DNA of 64,000 bases from Mobula hypostoma (Eukaryota): positions 25,422,001-25,486,000 of the forward strand of contig NC_086097.1 of the NCBI RefSeq assembly GCF_963921235.1. Reading direction: 5' to 3'. Positions 14,168 through 26,934 of the stretch are shown here, one piece after another (position 1 is the first letter of the stretch; each line of letters starts with the position of its first letter). Under the pieces are notes generated by a model. That model was not told the DNA's origin. It saw only the letters and a program-made list of their open reading frames with translations, and ran no database searches. The position numbers and the translations under genes were made by a program.

Positions 14168-14720
14168 ATGACTCTACGAAGCTATATTACTGCATGGTGT
14201 GGAAACTGCAATGCAACCAACAGGAAGGCTCTACAACAGGTAGTTAAAACTTTACAATGCATCGCCAGCACCAGCCTACCCGCCATCAACATATATATAT
14301 ATATATATACAGAAATTAGCCTGAAAAAGGCCAGTAACATCATGAAGGATCCCACCCACCCCGCTCATGGACTGTTGTGTCCCACTCCCATCGAAGAGGA
14401 GGCTATGTAGCAACCATGCCAGGACCACAATTACTTTCCCCAAGCAGTAAGGACCTCCATCCACTAATCCACAGCTCCACACCTGCAAACATCACTACTT
14501 TATCATTTCCAATCAGTCACCTTATGCACAGACACTTATGCATATAAAATCAATCTATGCACAATATGTAAGATATCGTATGCATTTATATTTATTGTGT
14601 TTTTATTGTATTCTTTGTGATTTTTGTTTTGTGCTGCATTGGAGCTGGAGTAACAATTATTTTGTTCTCTTTATGGAAAACCTTAATGGAAGTGACATTA
14701 AACAATCTTGAATCTTGACT
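14168..14720 (+). mobile_element. Older Rex1-like 3' fragment (similar pieces at ~24130-24555, 25650-26100, 27000-27240, 41770-42130, 56120-56470, 62570-63130)
   Basis: ITAWCGN..RKALQQVV, IMKDPTHPAH motifs; (TCTTGAA)n-like tail. Confidence 0.7.
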
Positions 14721-15902
14721 CAATTATCCTAAATTCCTAGTTGGATAAATTAAACCAAAATTATCTTAAGACTTTGGTTTGGGACTGTGATGAATTAAAG
14801 TTTCTGGTTTTAGAGTTTCCAAAATGTGAAACCATTCAAAAGATAATTGCTTCCTTAAAAATAGCAAGTGTTGGCCATTTCTTGTTGAAATAATAAGGAT
14901 AGAACAGCGGGACTCTTTATAGTTTTCCTAATTATTGGCCATTAACAGTTTCAGGCAGATGGCTGTTACATCTCTGAAAATATCAACTAGTTAAATATGT
15001 TTGAATTATCAATTTACCATTAACTGCAAGTTATATAAATTAAAAATATTTGTTCAAAACTATTTCAACCTCGTGATTAAAAGCCTCGATAAGATTTTCT
15101 CTAAAGCAAATGGAAAGCAGGGAAAATTAAAAAGAATAAAAGAAAATCTAGATTGCAAGATTTTTACTTGAAAGCAATTCTAAAGATGAAAACTACTGTC
15201 ATATAAGAAATTAATTTGGGACTGGTATCAATGAGAATAAAAACCAAAATGACTTTAGATGCTATTATATAAACGATGATTAGCTTTTGGCTGCTTAATC
15301 AGTTCCTTTGTACAGTACCAAAAAAAACAAACTACTGGAGAAATTCAGTGGGTTAGGCAGCATCTGTGGAGACAAAGGGATTAATGCAGGATATCAGCCT
15401 GAAACACTGACTAACTCTTTACCACCACACATCATGCCTGACCTCCTCGGTTCCAGCATCTGCACTCTCTTCAGATTTTGATTCATTTATCACATGCACA
15501 TCAAAACATACAATGAAATGTGTTGTTTTTGCATTAACAACCAACACAACTTAAGGATGTGTTGGGGATAGCCCGCAAGTGTCACCACATATTCCAGTGC
15601 CAACAGAACATACCTTACGTCTGTTTTGTATAGTAGGGCCAACTGAGTTTTCTGAATCAGTATCTGCCCTTCAATCAGAGTAGAAAAATGGCAGACAATA
15701 AATGCTGGAGATTGAAGTAACTGGAAACTCTCAGAAACCTAGTCAGCAATATGTTGCCACATAGTGGAATCTGAATATTAAGCTACTTTCTATATTCAGA
15801 TGTTGACTGGGCTGGTGGACATTGCCAGAATATCTGCATTATTGCAGACACTAATTTAGAAAAATAACGGACCTCACAGCAATGAACAATAATTGACAAT
15901 TT

Positions 15903-16643
15903 ACATCGGTGGTGCGCAAGTGGAACAGGTCAAAAGCTTTAAGTTCCTCGGGGTCGATATCACAAATGACCTGACTTGGTCCAACCAAGCAGAGTTCACT
16001 GCCAAGAAGGCCCACCAGCGCCTTTACTTCCTGAGAAAACTAAAGAAATTTGTCCTGTCCCCTCACTAATTTTTATAGATACACCGTAGAAAGCATTCTT
16101 CTAGGGTGCATCACAACCTGGTATGGAAGTTGTCCTGTCCAAGACCGAAAGAAGCTGCAGAAGATCGTGAACACGGCGCAGCACATCACACAAACCAATC
16201 TTCCGTCCGTGGACTCACTTTACACCACACGCTGTTGGAGCAGTGCTGCCAGGATAATCAAGGACACGACCCACTCAGCCAACACACTTTTCATCCCTCT
16301 TCCCTCCGGGAGAAGGTTCAGGAGCTTGAAGACTCATATGGCCAGATTTGGAAACAGCTTCTTTCCAACTGTGATAAGACTGCTGAACGGATCCTGACCT
16401 GGATCTGGGCTGTAGCCTCCAAATATCTGGACCTGCCTCTCGGTTTTTTTGCACTACCTTACTTTCCACTTTTCTATTTTCTATTTATGATTTATAATTT
16501 AAATTTTTAATATTTACTAATTTTAACTATTTTTAATATTTAATATTTGTAATCCAGGGAGTGTGAAGCACAGAATTAAATATCGCTGTGATGATGGTAC
16601 AGTCTAGTACCAATTGTTTGGCAACAATAAAGTATAAAGTATA
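15903..16643 (+). mobile_element. Rex1/Babar-like LINE 3' fragment
   Basis: FKFLGV.I..DLTW..KKAHQRLYFLRKL, ORF 16050-16397, (TAAAGTA)n tail. Confidence 0.88.
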
Positions 16644-16874
16644 ATTCAACCTGAACATTACCACTATTTCTCTTTTAGCAGATGCTGCCTGAGTAACTGA
16701 ATAAGTCAGGATTTTGACTTATCAACGATAATCGTGCATTAACCAGTAATTTCACTGTCTGACTGTAAGTTGCAGAAAAACAAAAGGTCACTTCACTGAA
16801 GCTCGGTTATCCCAACCACAATTTCATTTAGCAACAGACACAAAGTGCAGGAGGAGCTCTCAAGGTCAGGCAGC

Positions 16875-17495
16875 TGTCCTGTGGGGATCATGGCTTACTC
16901 CGACTGTCAAAAGTCGCTTCCATCATGATTGGCTGGTTTAGAAACTACAGCTGCTTTTCCAATTGGATAGCTGCCTGGTGTCCGGTTTCAAATATCTTGG
17001 GTGTATAGAGAGCACGCGTGGGAGCTTCGTACTTTTCCTTTTGTTAAGGCAAGCAGTGGACACGGCCATTGGAAAGGTGTGCTCTGTGCTTGCTTTTAAC
17101 TAAGTATGTTTGTTGAATATTCAGCTTTGTAGTTTCTGTAACTTGGGGAACATGAATTTTTACTGTACGTCAATAAATTATTAATATATATATTCAAAGT
17201 TAGTGCCTTCTGTCTCACTTACCAGACTCACAAAACCGATTCAATGTTATTGAAGCACCTTCAATAACTCCAAAAGAGTGAGGTTTGGTAAAATACTGAA
17301 AGGCTTTTATTCGCTGTACAATACGACCTCCACAACCTCCACGGTGAGTGTCTGCCCCCAGACTGAGGGGGAGGGGCAAGGCGAAACACCTTTATACAGG
17401 ACTCTGTGGGAGGAGCCACAGGGGCAGTCAGCAGAGGGGCGTGTCCAGACAGTTAACCCAGTTACAACATATATATATGGTTTACCACAATTATA
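16875..17495 (+). mobile_element. Probable second solo LTR (hosting the above) inserted in a Penelope terminal repeat
   Basis: Begins TG; two ATTGG/CCAAT boxes, TATAGA, AATAAA; flanked by GCAGC at 16870-16874 and 17496-17500. The PLE terminus rejoins across it. Confidence 0.45.
17251..17489 (-). mobile_element. Probable solo LTR (239 bp)
   Basis: Minus strand TGTGGTAAACC...GC box...TATAAA...AATAAA...TCA. Flanks GTTAT/ATTAT (4/5 match). Confidence 0.55.
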
Positions 17496-17604
17496 GCAGC
17501 ACGTATGGAGGGGAGTAAACAGTCAACATGTTAGACCAAGACAATTCATCAGGACTAAAGTCCTGAATTACAGAAGGCTGCTAAACAAGATACAAGGACC
17601 AGAA

Positions 17605-19120
17605 AAATGTAAGTGTCACTCCACTCTTTAAGAAGGAAAGGACACCAAAAACAGGAAATTATAGGTCATTTAGCCTGACTTCAGTGGTTGGCAAGAGTTA
17701 GAGTCAATTATTAAGAATGAGCATTCGCAGTACTTGGAGGCAGATAATAAAATATGCTGAAACAATCATGGTTTCCATTAGGGGATATCCTACCTGACAA
17801 ATCTATTGGTATACTTTGAGGAGGTAACAGGCAGGATCAACAAAGGAGAGTTAGAGGATGTAATCTACTTGGCTTGTCAGAAGGACTTTGTCAAAGTGAC
17901 ATACACGAGGCTGTTAAACAAGGTAGAACCCATGGTATTACAGGGAAGGTACTAGCATGGACAGAAGATTGGCTGATTGGCAGGAGGTAAAGAGTGGGGA
18001 TAAAGGGGATGTTTTCTGATTGGCTGCTAGGGACTCGGGTCGTCCCACAGGGGTCAGTCTAAGGTCTGATACTTTTCATGCTGTATGTCAATTGATACTT
18101 TTATGACCACTTTTGCATGTAGTACAAAGATAGGTAGAGGGCCAGGCAGTGTTGAGGAAGCAGAGAGTCTGCAGAAGGATTTAGACAGATTAGGAGAATG
18201 GGCAAAACTGCGCAGATGGAATACAGAGTAGGGAAGGCTACGGCCATGCACTTTGGTAGAAGGAATAAAGGCACAGACTGTTTTCTAAACAGGGAGCCAA
18301 TTCAGTAATCAGAGATGGAATAGGAACAAATACAGATTTCTCTAAAGGCGAACTTGCAGGATAAGTCGGTAGTGAGGAAGGCAAATGCAAATATCATTTT
18401 GATAGGGCTAGAATATAAAAGCAAGGTTATAATGCTGAGGTTTTATAAGACATTGATCAGACGACATTTGGAGCATTGTAAAAGTTTTAGACCTCATATC
18501 TATGAAAGTTTGTGCTGGCATTAGAGAAGGCCCAGAGGAAGTTTAAGAGAATGATCCCAAAAACGAAAGGTTAACATATTAAAAACATTTAATAAACAAG
18601 AGAAATTCTGCAGATGCTAGAAATCCAAACAACACACACAAAATGCTGGAGGAACTCATCTGACACACAAAATGTTGGAAAAACTCAGTTCTGGTCCTGT
18701 ATTCACTTGAGTTTAGAAGAATGAGGGTGGATGAATGCCTTATTGATTTGTACTGAATATTGAAAGGCCTAGATAAAGTGGACATGCAGAGGTTGTTTCC
18801 AGTAGTGGGAGAGGCCAGGACCAGAGGCACAGCCTCAGTGTTGAAGGACATCCCTTCAGAACAAAGATGTGGGGGAATTTCTTTAGCCAGAGAGTGGCAA
18901 ATCTGTGGAATTCATTGCCACAGAAGGCAGTGGAGACCAAGTCATTGGGTATATTTAAAGTAGAGGCTGATTGGTACTTAATTAGTAAGGGCATCAAAAA
19001 TTATGGAGAAAAGGCAGGAGAATGGGGCTGAGAAGGAAGCTAAATTATCCATGATCAAATTGCGTAACCAACTCATTTAACCTAACGGCCTAATTCTACT
19101 CCTATGTCTTATGGTCTTAT
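17605..19120 (+). mobile_element. Decayed CR1 3' half
   Basis: VTPLFKK..NYR..SLTSVVGK, KGLDKVD..LFP..RTRG remnants; TCTTATGGTCTTAT tail. Confidence 0.85.
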
Positions 19121-20135
19121 AGAAAAGAAGGAGAACTGAAGTAAGTATAAGAAGGAGGTGCAAGGAGTACAAGCTGGTAGGTGATAGGTGAGGAGGAAGA
19201 TGAATGGGTGGAGAGGGGGGGTATGATGTGAGAAACTGGGAGGTGGCAGGTGGAAGATGTAAAGAGCTAGAGAAGAAGGGATCCACTCTTCATTCTCGGT
19301 ACCCTCTCCCTCTCATCCCTTCTCTTCTCCTAAAGTGCCCATCACCTTCCTCTGATTCCTTTCTCCTTCCCTTTCTTCCATGGCCTACTGTCCTCTCCTT
19401 ATCAGATTCCTTCATCTTTAGCCCGTTACATCTTCCAGCTATTAGTACATGGATGGGAGGAGTATGGAGAGCTATGGTCTGGTTGCAGGTCGATGTGACT
19501 AGGCAGTTTAAATGGTTGACCACGTACTAGACAGGCTGAAGGGCCTGTTTCTGTGCTGTAGTTTTCTATGACTCTCTGTCTCCTCCCAGCTTTTTACCTC
19601 ATAGCTGCAGTGAAAGTAGTGGAGTAGACAAAGAAATATTTTCCTCATCATTACATGGATCAACTAAACTGCCAGTAGATTTTAACTTACTGTGGGAACT
19701 AGATAACTCAGGTTGGAGGAGCAACACTTCATACTGCATCAGGTTAACCTCCAACCCGACAGCACAAACATTGATTTTTCCAATTATTGGTAATTACTCC
19801 CTCCTTCCCCTTCTCTTTTTCCATTCCCCATTCTGGTTACCCTCTAATTCTTTCTCTTCCCTCTGGCTTCCCTCCTCCCTCCTTTCCTTCCATGGCTCCC
19901 CTCCTTCCAGATTTCTTCTTTTTCAGCCTCCAGCTTCTTACTTCCTGCCCCATCCCCCACCCCCAACCACTCATCTGGTCTAACTGCCAGCTTGTACTTC
20001 TTCCCTTCCCCCTACCTTTTTTTGCTGGCTTTCCTTTCCTTTACAGTCCCTATGAAAGGTCTCAGCTCAAACGCCGACTGTTTATTCCCTTCCATAGATA
20101 CTACCTGACCCCCACAGAGTCCCTCCAGCATTTTC
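19120..20135. mobile_element. Degraded Penelope-like fragments (inverted junction near 19285; plus-strand 3' end 19690-20135)
   Basis: Purine-rich/pyrimidine-rich mirror at 19120-19440, LRLEEQH-like coding remnant at ~19705, terminal repeat at 20040-20135. Confidence 0.62.
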
Positions 20136-21059
20136 TGTGTGTTGTTCAAGATTTCTAGCATACACAGAATTTCTTGAGTCTAAGAAAGACTGGAAAATTG
20201 CAAATATCACCTCACTCTTCAAGAAGGAGGAAAAGTAGAAAAAAAGAAAATTGTAAGCCAGTTAGTCTGAGCACAGTGATCGTGAAGATGTTGAAATCAA
20301 TCGTTAAAAATGTGGTTTCAGGGTACACAGAGGCACATGACAAAATAGGCCATAGTCAACATGGTTTCCTCAAGGGAAAATCTTGCCTGACAAATCTGTT
20401 GGAATTCTTTGAAGGAGTAACAAGCAGAAATAACAAAGAAGAATCAGTTGATTTTCAGAATGCATTTGACAACTTGCCTCACATGAGGCTGCTTAACAAG
20501 CTCAGAGCCTATGGTATTATAGGAAAGATTGTAGCATGGATAAAGCAGTGGCTGATTGGCAGGAGGTGAAAAGTGGAAATAAAGGGAGCCTCTTCTGGTT
20601 AGTTGCCAGTGACTGGTGGTGTTCCACAGGAATCTGTGGAGGGACCACTTATTTTCACATTATATGACAATGATTTTGATGATGGAGTTGATGGCTTTGT
20701 TGAAGAGTTTGCGGATGATATGATGATAAGTGAAGGGTCAGGTAGTTTTCAGGAAGTAGAGAGGCTACAGCAGGACTTTGACAGATTAGGAGAACGGGCA
20801 AAGTAGTGGCAGATGGAATAGTGTCGGGAAGTGTATGGTCAAACACTTTGGTAGAAGAAATAAAAGAGTAGACTATCTTCTAAATGGAGAGAAAATTCAA
20901 AAATCTGAGGCACAAAGGGATTTGGAGTCCTTGTGCAAGATTCCCTATAGATTAATTTATAGGTTGAGTCTGCAGTGAGGAAGGCAAATATGATATTAGC
21001 ATTCATTTCAAGAAGACAAGAACATAAAAGCAAGGATGTAATGTTGAGGCTTTATAAAG

Positions 21060-22293
21060 CAGGGGTCCCCAACCTTTTTTGCACTGCGGACCGGTTTAAT
21101 ATCGACAATATTCTTGCGGACTGGCCTACCGGGGGCGGGGGGGGGCGCGGTGGAGTAGGGTTGCCAACAGACAAGAGTAGCAGTCAAATGCGTTGTTTAC
21201 CCAAAAGACTACAATGACCATGAAACCTTGCACGGGCACCAATGTGCATGCGCATCGTGACCTGCCAATTCCCCCACCCCGCCCCCAAGCAAATCCGTTT
21301 TGGCGATTCTGTTCGTGGGGGTGGGTGTTAATCACTACCAGAATATAGGTGATAAGTGGGTAATACACTCAATTTTGTTTCTAAAAGGGTTTATCTAACG
21401 AATTTAATATTAAACACAGAGCGCATATTTTCCTCGCATGGATATAATGATAAGTCAATTATTGGGGAGCTTGAAGTGTTGAACGAGCTTCCAGTAGAAG
21501 TGGCAGAAGCAGGTTCGATATGATCATTTAAAGAAAAATTGGATAGGTATATGGACAGGAAAGGAATGGAAGGTTATGGGCTGAGTGCAGGTCGGCGGGA
21601 CTAGGTGAGAGTAGCGTTCAGCACGGACTAGAAGGGCCGAGATGGCCTGTTTCCATGCTGTAATTGTAATACAGTTATATAGGTCACTTATAAGTCAATA
21701 GCATCATAACATTTTAAGTAACATTTGGATATTAAACGCACAGCACATATCTTCCCCGTATGAATATATAAAATCATTGCAACACACCAATATCGCTGAA
21801 TCAGTGGGAGCCCCTGGGCTTGTTTCCCTGCAACAAGACGGTCCCATCAAGGGGTGATGGGAGACATCGATACTCGAAGGGGGATCCTGATGTCCAGTCT
21901 ATTCCGCAGTTTAGTTTTCGTTGCATTCATTGCAGAAAACTCCACTTCGCAGAAAAATGTTGGAAATGGAACCAACGTTTTCAGTGCTTTCGTGGCTATC
22001 TCAGGATATTTAGCCTTGACTTTGATCCAAAATGCCAACAGAGATGTTATGTCAAACATACTTTTCAGCCCGTCGTCATTTGCAAGCTCGAGGAGTTGAT
22101 CGCCTTCCCACCCTGACACGGATGACACGCGGGTCATGACCTCGCACGCGTAATGGCTGATCAGTGGCCGTGACAGGGAATGAGGAAAGGTGCAGCTGAC
22201 TCATATCGCCAAGTCATATCGCTCCCTCACGGCCCGGTAGCGCATGCTCTGCGGCCCGGTACCGATCCGCGGCCCGGTGGTTGGGGACCGCTG
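21060..22293 (-). mobile_element. hAT/Charlie (MER1/Charlie3-like) internally deleted DNA transposon inserted in a CR1
   Basis: TIRs CAGGGGTCCCCAAC ... GTTGGGGACCGCTG. 8-bp TSD TTATAAAG at 21052-21059 and 22294-22301. Retains the hAT C-terminal dimerisation domain. The host CR1 reads LRLYKA|LMRPHL across the insertion. Confidence 0.93.
21847..22137 (-). pseudogene. hAT (Charlie/Buster-type) transposase C-terminal dimerisation-domain fragment
   Basis: FWIKVKAKYPEIATKALKTLVPFPTFFCEVEFSAMNATKTKLRNRL matches the hAT dimerisation motif (FW..YP.L...AL..L.PF.TTYLCE..FS....KTK.RNRL). Confidence 0.88.
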
Positions 22294-25200
22294 TTATAAA
22301 GCACTGATGAGACCTCACTTAGTGTATTGTGAGCAGTTTTGGGTCCCTTATCTTAGAAAGAAAGTGCTGATACTGGAAGGGGTTCAAAGGAGGTTCACAA
22401 AACTTAATTCCAGGATTGAATGGTTTGTCATATGAAGAACGTTTCATGGATTTGGGCCTGTACTGACTAGAATTCTGAAGAATGGGGGCGTGACCTCATT
22501 GAAATCTATCGAATGGTGAAAGATTTTGATAGGGTGGATGTGGAGAGGATGCTTCCTATGGCAAGGGAGGCTAGGACCAGAGGACACAGCCTCAGAATAG
22601 AGGGGTGTCCTTTTAGAATGGAGATGAGGTGGAATTTCGTTAGCAGGAGAGTCATGAATCTGTGGAATTCATTGCTACAGGCAGCTGTGGAGGCCACGAC
22701 TTTATATATATTTAAGGCAGAAGTTGATAGATCCTTGGTCAAAGCATGAGGGGATACAGGAAAAAGGAGGGAGATTGGGGCTGACAGAAAAAATGGATCA
22801 GCCACGATGAAATGGAACAGCAGACTCGATGGGCCAAATGGCCTAACTTTGTTCCTATACCTTATAGTCTTATGGTCTAAAATGAAGGGAATTGGAATAA
22901 AGGGGATATGCTGGAAGACTAAGAGGAAGAGAAATGAGTGAAGATTTGTTTGTTTCTCAGACATCAACATAAAGTGTGTGGGCTGAATGGCCTGTTCCTC
23001 GGCTAGGTATTGATCAGATGGGTGGCATGGGTTTGTTCAGCTGCAACGTCCTATTACTGATAGATAGATAGATGGATGATGAGGGATAAAGGGAGGGAGG
23101 AAAGAAAGAATGAAGTAAGGAATTTATCAGTTTGATTTGTTCAATTTATGCACCTTTGAACTGGCTCTAACTTGCCATAATTGTACTGAAATCTGTGCTT
23201 GGGAAACATTAATGACTATTCACTGGCTGCACCTGGGCCCAGCATGATGAAGCTGGAAACTCTGAATGCAACCCTGGGAAACCCAGCGTGGGCTCATCAT
23301 GTGATTCCAGCGGCAGAATATGCAACTTGTAATGAAAGGTAAGTGAATGTAAGCTTAAATAACAAATCAGAAATTACATGGACTTGCTGGCAAAACTTTT
23401 CCACTTAAACAGTGAAGAAGTATCATTTGGGGATGATTTAGCAGGATAGAACTCAATTGCTAATTCCCAATTTTATTCCAAGAATAACAAATGGTGCCTG
23501 GCATCCATTATGTTGCTTTTCAGCAATCAACTTTATAACATTTGGTAAGCTTCAGTGGTTATATCACAGTTATTATTCCTCCAGTGTGGACATTATCACA
23601 TATTAATTACATGATGTACTCGAGCCAGCATCTCCTGAAAGAACTGTCGGTACAACCCTAAAACAAGATAAACCAGAATGAAGCAGATGCTGCCAAGTGC
23701 AAATACATGATGAAAATAATGAGTACGCCAGTAATTTCAAGATGCTAGTTTCATCTTGTATTTCAAACAGTTGTTTGATGGCGCTGTGTATTTGATCTGA
23801 AACCACTCAGTGAAATCATTGCCACGTAATCACTGCCAGATATCTATTTCTCTGTACAAGTGAATCACGTAAAAAGGCCAGCCACTTCAAGCCATCCCTC
23901 AAATTAAAGAAACAGTCAAACATGAAGCTATTTTAACACACTAATCTACACACGCTCTGTTAAACTGTCAACACTCAACAAAGCTATAATGAAAAGCCAT
24001 TGAAAAATATTGTAGAGAATACTCAGTGCTGCCTTCAAATGTCAACACCTCCACAATGGATGTGAACAAAATTACAATTGTCTCAGGATTCATTTATTCT
24101 AGCAAGTATGAAGACTCGGGCTTTATTCAATGACCCTACCATCCAGGCTATTCTCTCTTCTAAGACTCCCACACGCCATGCTCTCTTCTCACTACTGTCA
24201 TCAGAAAGGAGGTACAGGAGCCTTAGGACCCACACCATTAGGTTCGGGAACAGTTACTACCCTTCAACCATCGTGAAGATAGCTCCTGAAACAAACTCCT
24301 GAACCAGCAAGGGTAACTTCACTCACTTCAACACTGAATTGATCCTACAACCAATGGATCCATTATCAGAACTCTACAACTCATGTTCTCAAAAGTATTT
24401 ATTATTTATACATTTATCCTGCATTGTGTATAGTTTTTGATTGCTTCTATTGTATTTCTTTGAATCTACTGGGAATGCCCACAAAAAATGAATCTTAGGA
24501 TAGTATATGGCCACATATACTGTACGTACTTTGATAATAAATCTTCTTTGAACTATGTTCTGTGCTTATAAATGACCAGCAGTAATATGACAGCTTGATT
24601 ATATGCTACAAATTTTGAATGTTAGTCACATCTGTAGGGTTTATCCACTCCTTCCCAGCACACAGCCCCATCTCACCAAGCCAAGTGAAAACTAAACATC
24701 ATCTCGTGAATTAAGCACCTGGAAAGGTGTAGTGTCAAGCCCTACCATTACTTCTTAGAGTTAATTAATTATCCAAATTAAGATTGGTTCGCAGCTAGCT
24801 GGCTATAAATTTACAGAAGTACATACAGTATGTTATGGAAGTTACCCAAGCCTATGAAGTTACCAATGATGAATTGCAGATGCTGGAAATCTATAGAACA
24901 CAATTGCTAATTCCCAATTTTATTCCAAGAATAATGACTCAAAGAAGGGTCTCAGCCCAAAATGTCGACTCTTTATTCCCCTTCGTATATGCTACCATAC
25001 TATGATGAGCCAGGTTTCACAAGATTTCACAAATCTATATCAACCACTATAGTACTTGAAGATCATACAATTAAAAAAATAGATTAAATAAATATTTAAC
25101 AATACATTTTTGTATAATTGTATAGAAACTCATTATAAGAGCAGCATTATAGAGAGACAGCAAGAAAATTCACTTGTCTTGTGCCAGATAGCCAAGGTTC

Positions 25201-26177
25201 AGAAAAAAATATAATTACTCATTATTTATTGTGTTGCATGCTGCTCCTCAAAAGTTAATGAAGCTCGTGCATTATGAAAGCAGTAGTCATTTAGTCACTG
25301 AGTAAATAAATGTTGGCTAAATATATAATATTAAGTTTTGCTCTGTAATCTATCAGAAAAAAAGAGCAGAATGTACCCAATATGCACATGCTAACTAGAA
25401 AGATATCAATATCCTCCACTCTGCAGAATTCCAAAAGCAAAGTGGATCTTGTTCTTCGTACCTTAGCCAACCTCTGGTTAGTGAATGTCCTTGATTATTT
25501 TCAAGTGAGGTAGTCCAAATGATCACACAGCAAAGACAAAACTGTGTTTTATTTGCCTTCAGCATGTTTCCTCAGCACTCCAAGATAAAGGACAGGGGCA
25601 ATGGAAATCAGGCTCTATTCAGACCTAAGTTCAATTGCCCATCATAATCAGAATCAGGTTTACTACACTTACATATGTCATGAAATTTGTTGTTTTGCAA
25701 CAGCAGTACAGTGCAATACATAGAAAAGTACTATAACTTACAGTAAGAGATATATATAAATAAACAAGTAGTGCAAAGAGAGTGCAAATAGCTAGGTAGT
25801 GTTTATAAGCTTACAGTCAAAGATTCAAGATTTAAAGTACATTGATTATCAAAGTATCTATGCAGGATACAACAGTATCTGCCCAAAAGTAGTAACAAAA
25901 AAAAGTGACCAGAACTAGAACTAGAAACTAGAACACATCATAAACTGTTCAGAAAACTGATGTAAGAGGGTAAGAAGCTGTTCTTAAATCATCTTCGGGT
26001 TCCTGCATCTTCTCCCTGATGTTAGCAATGAGCAGTGGCATGTCCTGGAAAGTGAGGGTCTTTAATGATGGATGCCACCTTCTTGAGGCGTCGTTTATTG
26101 AACTGTCAAACAACAACTCTAGCTGTGGCTTGATCATAGTGGAATTTCAGTGGGTCAGGGAAGCAGAGTGATCTAAA

Positions 26178-26934
26178 CACTCAGTGGCAACTTTATTCGG
26201 TATACCTGTTCATTAATGCAAATATCTAATCAGCCAATCATATGGCAGCAACTCAATACATAAAAACATGCAGACATGGTCAAGAGCTTCAGTTGTTGTT
26301 CAGACCAAACATCCAAATGAGGTAGAAATGCTATTTAAGTGACTTTCACTGTGGAATGATTATTGGGTGGTTTGAGCATCTCAGGAACTGCTGATTTGCT
26401 GAGATGTTCACGTACGTGGCCAAGTGGTTAAAGCATTTGTCTAGTTATCTCAAGGTCGCTAGTTCAAGCCTCAGCTGTGGCAGCGTGTTTGTGCCCTTGA
26501 GCAAGGCACTTAACCACACATTGCTCTAGTCTGTGCGAGGAGTGGCGCCCCACACAGACTTCCAATCTGCGCCTTGTAAGGCATGAAAATGCCCGACACA
26601 GGCCTCTCATGGTCTGAGTCAATGTTCCCTCCCTCCCCTCACGCACAGCAGACTCTCGGGTTTACAGAGAATGGTGTGGAAAAACAAAAAAACATTGAGT
26701 AAATGTCAGTTCTATGAGCAAAAATGCCTTGTCAGAGGAGGATGGCCAAACTGGTTCAAATTGACAGGAAGGTGACAGTAACTCACATTACAACAATGGA
26801 GTGGAGAAGAGCATCTTCGAATGCACAACATGTCGAATCTTGAAGGGTATGAGCTACAGCAGTAGAACAACAATAAACACTCAGTGGCCACTTCATTAAG
26901 TTCAGGAGGGATCTAAAAATATGGTCACTGAGTG
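26178..26934 (+). mobile_element. Tc1-like non-autonomous transposon with N-terminal transposase remnant
   Basis: TIRs CACTCAGTGGCAACTTTA / ATATGGTCACTGAGTG-TA. Decayed HTH coding (LSDF..GMI.G..LSISGTADLL..SR...RVYREW). Extra TIR copy at 26878. Confidence 0.75.
26413..26638 (+). mobile_element. tRNA-derived SINE inserted in the Tc1 remnant
   Basis: A-box TGGCCAAGTGG, B-box AGTTCAAGCC, (CCCT)n tail, TSD TCACG at 26408-26412 and 26639-26643. Confidence 0.8.

Larger units (their letters stand above)
20185..22880 (+). mobile_element. Decayed CR1 3' half (hosts the hAT element)
   Basis: QHGFLKGKSCLTNLLEFFE, GVPQ, FADD, RPHLVYCEQFW, RTRGHSLRI; CR1 tail. Confidence 0.88.

Noticed and set aside
26413..26485. 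tRNA-like sequence with A and B boxes
   Set aside because: SINE head; no complete cloverleaf, and followed by SINE body, tail and TSD.
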